Source: Microcaecilia unicolor | Taxonomy: Eukaryota | DNA: 64,000 bases | Direction of reading: 5' to 3' | Assembly: GCF_901765095.1 (NCBI RefSeq) | Contig: NC_044034.1 | Coordinates: 62,562,339 to 62,626,338 of the forward strand | Shown here: positions 57,901-64,000 of the stretch, one piece after another | Numbering within the stretch: the first letter of the stretch is position 1 | Layout: every line of letters starts with the position of its first letter | The notes under the pieces: generated by a model | The model's input: only the letters and a program-made list of their open reading frames with translations | Told to the model about the DNA's origin: nothing | Database searches by the model: none | Made by a program: the position numbers and the translations under genes

Positions 57901-58790
57901 TTCATGAAAGAGTTTGACAAATGACGTCTGAAAATTGAGCATACACCTTGGGGCTCGTTTTCAAAAGAGAAAACAGTCTAAAAAGTGGCATAAAGCAGCA
58001 TTTGAATGTTTTTCTCGTCAAAATGTCCAAATTGGTATTTTCAAAACCCATTTGCCAGACGTTTTTCTATGCTGTTTGTTTGCAGTGGGTGCTAATCTCA
58101 AGAGGGCGTGTTAAGGGCGGGATTTAGGTGTTCCTAAGACTTGGACGTTTTTCAGCCATAATGGAACAAAACGAAAAATGTCTAGGACTAAAATTAAGAC
58201 GTTTTGAGCTAGACCCGTTTTAATAACTAAGCCACAAAAAAGTGCCCCAAATGACCAGATGACCCCCAAGAGGAATAAAGGAATGACCCCCCTTACTCCC
58301 CCTGTGGCTACTAACCCCTCCCACTGGAGGAATAAAGGAATTACCCCTCCCCCTTACTCTGCCTGTGGTCACTGACCCCCTCCCACCTCCCCAAAGATGT
58401 GAAAGAGACGGTACATATCAGCCTCCATGACAGCCTCAGACATTATGGCCAGTTCTATTAAAGCAGCAAGCAGGTCCCTGCAGTAGCCTAGTGGTCTGTG
58501 CAGTGCACTGTGGAGAAGGAGACCTAGGCCCATAACTCACTCTGTTATACTTGTAGTGGAATGTGTAAGCCTTCAAAACCTACCAAACAACTACTATACC
58601 CACATATAGGTGACCCTGCAGTCATAAGGGCTATTGTTGTGGTGTACAGTAGATATAGGGAGCAACGGTGAGATGTGTACCTGGAAGCTTTTATGTGGTC
58701 TACTGCAGTGCCCCCTAGGGTGCCCCACTACTCTGCTGGGATGTTTGTGTGGCCAATCTACTAAGAATGCTGGCTTCTTCATCCCAATGG
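57900..58790 (+). repeat. Diverged copy 3 of the same family
   Basis: The block order is the same (ttttcaaaagagaaaacag…, caaaaaagtgccccaaatgaccagatgaccccc…, ggtccctgcagtagcctagtggtctgtgcagtgcac…), with lower identity. Confidence 0.4.
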
Positions 58791-61700
58791 CTTGATTTTG
58801 TGTGGTTTTTACTTGGAAGGGTTTTTTTTTTTTTTTTTGGAAAATAGATCAAAAAGATAAACACGCAGAGCACAAAAACATCTATCAAATGGCCATTTTT
58901 GAAAAAAAAGGTTAAACGTTTTGCTGTTTCAAATATCACTATATTTGCTATTCAATGAGCAAAACGTCCAAAATCAAACTTAGATGTCATATCTAAATTG
59001 CCCCTCCACGTTGGCCTACTTGCCCTTTTACATGTTTATTTACACCTTAAAAAAATTAAAATTAATTGGAAAAGGCAATATTTGCCTTTGCTAAACCCAT
59101 GCTTTCTCTTTCCCATTAAGCTTTGAGAAGGTCCCAAGCAACAGTGACTAGTTGAAAGTTGCATGCATGCACAGTTGTGCTTCTCAAAAGTGTATTGAAA
59201 TAGTCTTAAGCTGAGGAGTAGAGAATGACCCTAGGATAGCATTTGGCCCCACCCTGTCCCCACGAGCTCTCTCCCCCATAAGCTCTCTCCCCTGTTCCCC
59301 GCTTCATTCTTGCAAGCTCTGTTTTTTCCCAGCTTCACACACCTCGAACAGTTATGATTTTATATTTAAATCATTTTCTTAAAGTATAAAAAGAAACAAC
59401 ATTCTGTACAACTGTCATTTTATAAATCACAAACAATACAGAACAGGGATCAACAAAACCCCATCTGCCCTTCCTCCTCACAAATATGCCCTCCACTATC
59501 AGGAAAACTGAACAGTAAAATTACTGCAGAATGCTACATAGAAAATTCATGCTAAACAGAATACCTCGATCACACACACATAGAACACAAATGCCAAATA
59601 CATAATAGCTGACCAAAAATGATAAACATGTAGTAAACCAAAACCCCAAGAAGCCACACCAAAGAAACTTAAACATTTCCTCCTGTACTGTGCAAAATTT
59701 AAAGATCACGCATGCCAGGGATGGTGTTAGGTGAGTGTAACTAGGACTACTGCCTCCTGGCCAGAGAAAGCCCTAAGCCTGCTGGAAACTGGTAGTGAGC
59801 TTTGGGTTCCCCTCCCAAATTTCTGCCCTGGGCCCCAGCCATGTCTAAAACTAGCTCTGGCAGGATACACATTTCAAATCTGATGTATTCTAGTCATATA
59901 ATAGAAAATCAATTTTTTTTATACCTTTTGTTGTCTGGTCATTTTATTTTTCAAATCATGTTGGTCCCAGGCTCTGGTTTCTGTTTCCCTCTGTCTTCTA
60001 ACATGCTCACCAGGGTTTCCTGCCCATTTGAAAATTTGAAATTATCTTCTTTCTTCATGCTCACCATCCATCTTCCATCTCTGTGAAACTATCTTTCCCC
60101 ATGTTCAGCATCTCCTTTCTCTGTGTCCCCTATATTGCCTTGTCTAGCATCTCCGTGTCCATCTCCCCACAGGAAGTTTCATCGGAAGGTGAGAGCTAGA
60201 AGAGGGAGGTCCTGGACTAGGCCTGTGGGAATCCTCCTCGTGGTTGCATAAGAGAGAGAGATGCGGCAGGGATGGGGAGGGAGGAAGGAAGGAAGGAAGA
60301 CAGACAGAGATTGTGGACCCGTGGTAATCGTTTTTCTTTTTTACTGCTCCTGTAGAACAGTAAAACGCTTTTCTCCCGCACCTGCGGTAAATTTATTTTG
60401 TTACCATGGATTTACTGAGAAGGCTTCTCCATGTGAGCTCTGTCAGTTGATGTTACCCATCTGTAAGGACATGTATCCAAAGAACTCCTGTTACAGATAA
60501 TTAGCTTGGTTCTCAGTGGTGGCAAAAAAGTGTTACTTTCTGGAAAGTTGTACCTGTCCTTTTGTATATAGTTGGATAAATGTTAGAAATTTAAGGAGAT
60601 GGAAAGGATCACAGCAGATACATTAGACATGTTGTATATATAGGCAGACCAATTAGGTATTTTGAGTATTGATATGTCTATTACCTCAGATGGTCTTGTA
60701 AAATTGTAGTGTTTTCTTTATAAACCTGTCTGATAGTGATGATGGTGATGCAAATATAAGATCCAAACCGTGTATATATTTTTTTTCAGCACACAACATC
60801 CAGTGGGTCCAGAAGTAATTCCACTGTAACTCTTTATTAAATTATTACCTGATGTGATCCACGTTTCGCCCACTTATGGGCTGATTCAGGGGTATTATAC
60901 TACAAACAAATGAGAAAACAAAAGACATAAAACACAGCACTTCATTTGAAATACAAATAAAAAAAAACAACATATATTTATAATGTGAGGGAATCAGAAA
61001 AGTATATGTGCACTTACAACACAGAGGACGATAAATTGCAGCACTTATGCAAAGCTACAAAAATGCACACGTGATAAATGGTATTCATAAAAGAAGTGCT
61101 ATATAAGCATATGGACTAGTCTGTGCGGTGCATAAAAGGTGTGCAAATGTACAAAAAATTCAGTGAGTGTGACCATCAGTTCTCTTCATATTAGTGGAGA
61201 CAAGCCATCTATAGTGCATCATATGAGACTGAATGTGCAAAGCAAAGTGATATGCTCTAAAGCAGGAGTACTTAAGCCATTACGTACAAATATTGGGAGT
61301 GTTCAAGAAATCACAATCCCAGAGCCAAATGCGGAAATATGCTCAGCACAACTGAAGAAGCAAATGCAAAAATGTTACATTTCATTGATCAAAACATAAA
61401 TCTATATAAACATAAGATACACACTTGGTGGCTCTTTTGCTGCCAAGCAACAATGGTTACCAAACTTTTAATCTTAAAGCCAGCAAGTGTGTAAATTAAA
61501 TTTATAAAGATTCATGTTTTGATCAATGAAATGTAACATTTGCTCGTTTCTAATCTAGAGAAGAAAGGTTACCTACGAAAACTAATAAAAAAATGTATTG
61601 TTAGTCCAATAAAAAAGGTATCATCTTATTTCATTTTCTATGTTTTATTTTATTTCTGTTTATTACATGTAAGTGAATAAGTCCTATCCAAACTCCCTGC

Positions 61701-61889
61701 ACTCTTATTATATGGTGGTGCTGCTGGCGGAGTGTGGTGGTGGGAGGGAGGGCATGAATCTATGATTGGAGTGTTGGCAGCAGGTCAGTTCAATATCAGC
61801 TAAAATCACTACTAAGCCCAACTTTACATTGTTTTACTACTGTTTTATTAAAATTCTATTAACTTTGTATTTCAAATTACTATCAAGCT

Positions 61890-63185
61890 TATTTTCGAAA
61901 GAGAAAAACGCCTATAGTGCGACCTAAATCGGGAGATAGACGTTTGTCTCGCAAAGGCGCCCAAATCGGTATAATCGAAAGCCGATTTGGGGCGTTTCCA
62001 ACTGCACTCCGTTGCGGAAACGAATAAAGTTGATGGGGGCGTGTCGGAGGCGTGGTGGAGGTGGAACTGGGCGTGGTTATCAGCCGAGGAGAGATGGGTG
62101 TCTTTAGCTGATAATCGAAAAAAAAAAAGGCGTTTTTACCGCAATTTTGGGTCACTTTTTTTGGACCCTTTTTTTTCATGAACAAGTCCCAAAAAAGTGC
62201 TCCAACTGCCCAGATGACCACTGGAGGGAATCGGGGATGACCTCCCCAGACTCCCCCAGTGGTCACTAACCCCCTCCCACCAAAAAAACCCCACTTTAAA
62301 AACTTTTTTTCCAGCCTGTATGCCAGCCTCAATGCCGTACCCACCTCCATGACAGCAGAATGTGTTTGATCCTGTCACAGCCTTTCCCTGAGTCAGATGT
62401 GGCTCTCAGGTGCAGTACAGGGTCACATCAGCATTGCATTGTGGTGGGTGTACAGCATTCTGCCAGCTCTGACCCACTGCTCATCTCAGTACCAGGGAGA
62501 CTCGTTGCCAGTGGGGCACAACCTCTGATCTGCAGTTAACTGTGAGTAAATGTGGTTATTCCAATAAAGGACATTTTTGGAGAGATTAGTCTTCAGGTGT
62601 CAACTGGTGTGCCAATGTTATATAGCAGCAACCAGTCCTAGAGGCCTGCGTGTATGCAGGTCCCTGGAGCACTTTTAGTGGGTACCGCAGTGCACTTCAA
62701 CAGGTGGCCCCAGGCCCATCCCCCCCCTACCTGTAACACTTGTGCTGGTAAATGGGAGGCCTCCAAAACCCACTGTACCCACATGTAGGTGCCCCCTTCA
62801 CCCCTAAGAGCTATGGTAGTGTTGTACATTTGTGGGTAGTGGGTTTTGGGGGAGGGGGGTTGGGAGCTCAACACCCGTGGTAAGGGAGTTATGCATGTGG
62901 GAGCTTTTTCTGAAGTCCACCACACTGACCTCTAGGGTGCCCAGTTGGTGTCCTGGCATATCAGGGGGGCCAGTGTACTACCAATCCTGGCCCCTCCCAC
63001 GACCAAATGGCTCGGATTAGGACGTTTTTGAGCTGGGCGTTTTTAGTTTCCATTATCGCTAAAAAAAACAAAAGCCCAGCTCAAAAACGTCCATTTTTTT
63101 CGAAAATACGGTTCGGCCCGCCCCTTCACAGACCCGTTCTCGGAGATAAACGCCCATGGAGATAGGCGTTTCCGTTCGATTATGC
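61890..63185 (+). repeat. Copy 2 of the same unclassified repeat family
   Basis: The alignment with 43140-44660 is visible by eye. It ends next to a SINE tail at 63188-63250. Confidence 0.55.
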
Positions 63186-63400
63186 CCCTCCACGTAAGCC
63201 GCATTGAGCCTGCATTATGTGGGAAAGCGCGGGGTACAAATGTATTAATAATAATAATATACCAATTAATTAAAATCCACCCCAGCACTTATCCACACAT
63301 TATGTAAAAGTGTCTTTTGGAGTATTTCCATGAAGAATGGATGTGCTGTTAACATGTATTCTTTGAGTCAACATGGCAGCATTTTTGTTTGTAATACTAG

Positions 63401-63536
63401 AAAGCAGTTACTACTGATGAAGAAGCATCTCAAGTCGGTATAAAAAGCTTCCAGGAACCACAGGATTTAGATGTAGCTGCATCTTATTCTTTCACGTCTG
63501 CTATATGTAACAAGAAGCTACAAACTGCTGGAGCAA
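63401..63536 (+). CDS. Exon of host gene: KAVTTDEEASQVGIKSFQEPQDLDVAASYSFTSAICNKKLQTAGA
   Basis: Acceptor tttgtttgtaatactag|aaa, donor a|gtaagtactgg (ends in phase 1), single open frame. Confidence 0.4.
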
Positions 63537-64000
63537 GTAAGTACTGGTCTAAATTCTAACAATATTATTGTGTTAGAAATTCTGTTGACAGTTATATGAC
63601 AAAGATCTTTGTCTCTATCACAGGATCTCAAGAATGTTAATCTTTTAGATACATTAACTAACTTGAATCAATACCACTACCAACTGTATACACATCAAGG
63701 AACTTGAAATAGTGTCCAAATGCATTGTATCGTAGATCAAATGTTTCATTTTGTGAATTATAAACAATGCACAGGTATGTCATAAATACAAGTCATACTG
63801 ATTTTGTAGTTGGGTGAGGATCCTGTCCCAAAGTGCTTACCATTTAACTAGGAAGAAAGGGTGACATACAAAAGATGGTTTTAAGAGTAGTACCTTGAGC
63901 ACAAAGGTGGGTTTTCTAGAGGTTATTAGAATGCTTGTTTGAAGAAGCATTTTTTCAGATAGGACTTCCCATGAGGGGCTTCTTGCATATTGTAAAAGAG

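Noticed and set aside
1-64000. A prokaryotic defence or other novel operon-like system, as suggested by the task framing
   Set aside because: The sequence has spliceosomal exon/intron structure, poly-A-tailed retroelements, tRNA-SINEs and no contiguous operon-like gene cluster. The protein-coding content is one vertebrate gene plus transposon ORFs.

Overview
This window is vertebrate nuclear DNA, not prokaryotic. It shows a multi-exon gene on the + strand with GT-AG introns, poly-A tails, tRNA-derived SINEs and LINE/DIRS retroelements. The gene encodes a VIT-vWA family protein. The exons I could trace give a VIT domain (about 664-5631), a vWA domain with a DxSxS MIDAS motif (21671-29989), and a long C-terminal part that includes a large Pro/Ala-rich exon (55956-56681). 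The best guess is a PARP4-like (vault PARP) gene, but VWA5-type paralogues cannot be excluded from sequence alone. At least 16 exons are spread over the 64 kb, and the introns are packed with transposable elements: (1) a full-length L1 in sense orientation (15313-21414) with intact ORF1 and ORF2, a poly-A tail and a perfect 15-bp target-site duplication; (2) a DIRS-like tyrosine-recombinase retroelement (about 32056-38197) with inverted terminal repeats and an internal complementary region, gag and RT/RNase H ORFs intact, recombinase ORF frameshifted; (3) a 5'-truncated CR1-like LINE on the minus strand (12478-14790) ending in (ACATAAGT)n; (4) a second, degenerate L1 on the minus strand (50235-52830) carrying a Tc1-like MITE; (5) a 5'-truncated L1 (23941-26340) inserted into an older foldback with roughly 410-bp arms; (6) hAT-like MITEs with 8-bp TSDs; (7) several tRNA-derived SINE copies sharing a CR1-type tail; (8) a minisatellite with a unit of about 58 bp (9090-10840); (9) several unclassified interspersed repeat families. 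I see no rRNA genes, genuine tRNA genes, CRISPR arrays or prokaryotic operons. Most six-frame ORFs in the supplied track are chance ORFs in repeats or low-complexity DNA. There is no novel prokaryotic-style system. The points worth a second look are the apparently retrotransposition-competent L1, the structurally complete DIRS copy, the long foldbacks, and the coding tandem repeat in the Pro-rich exon.
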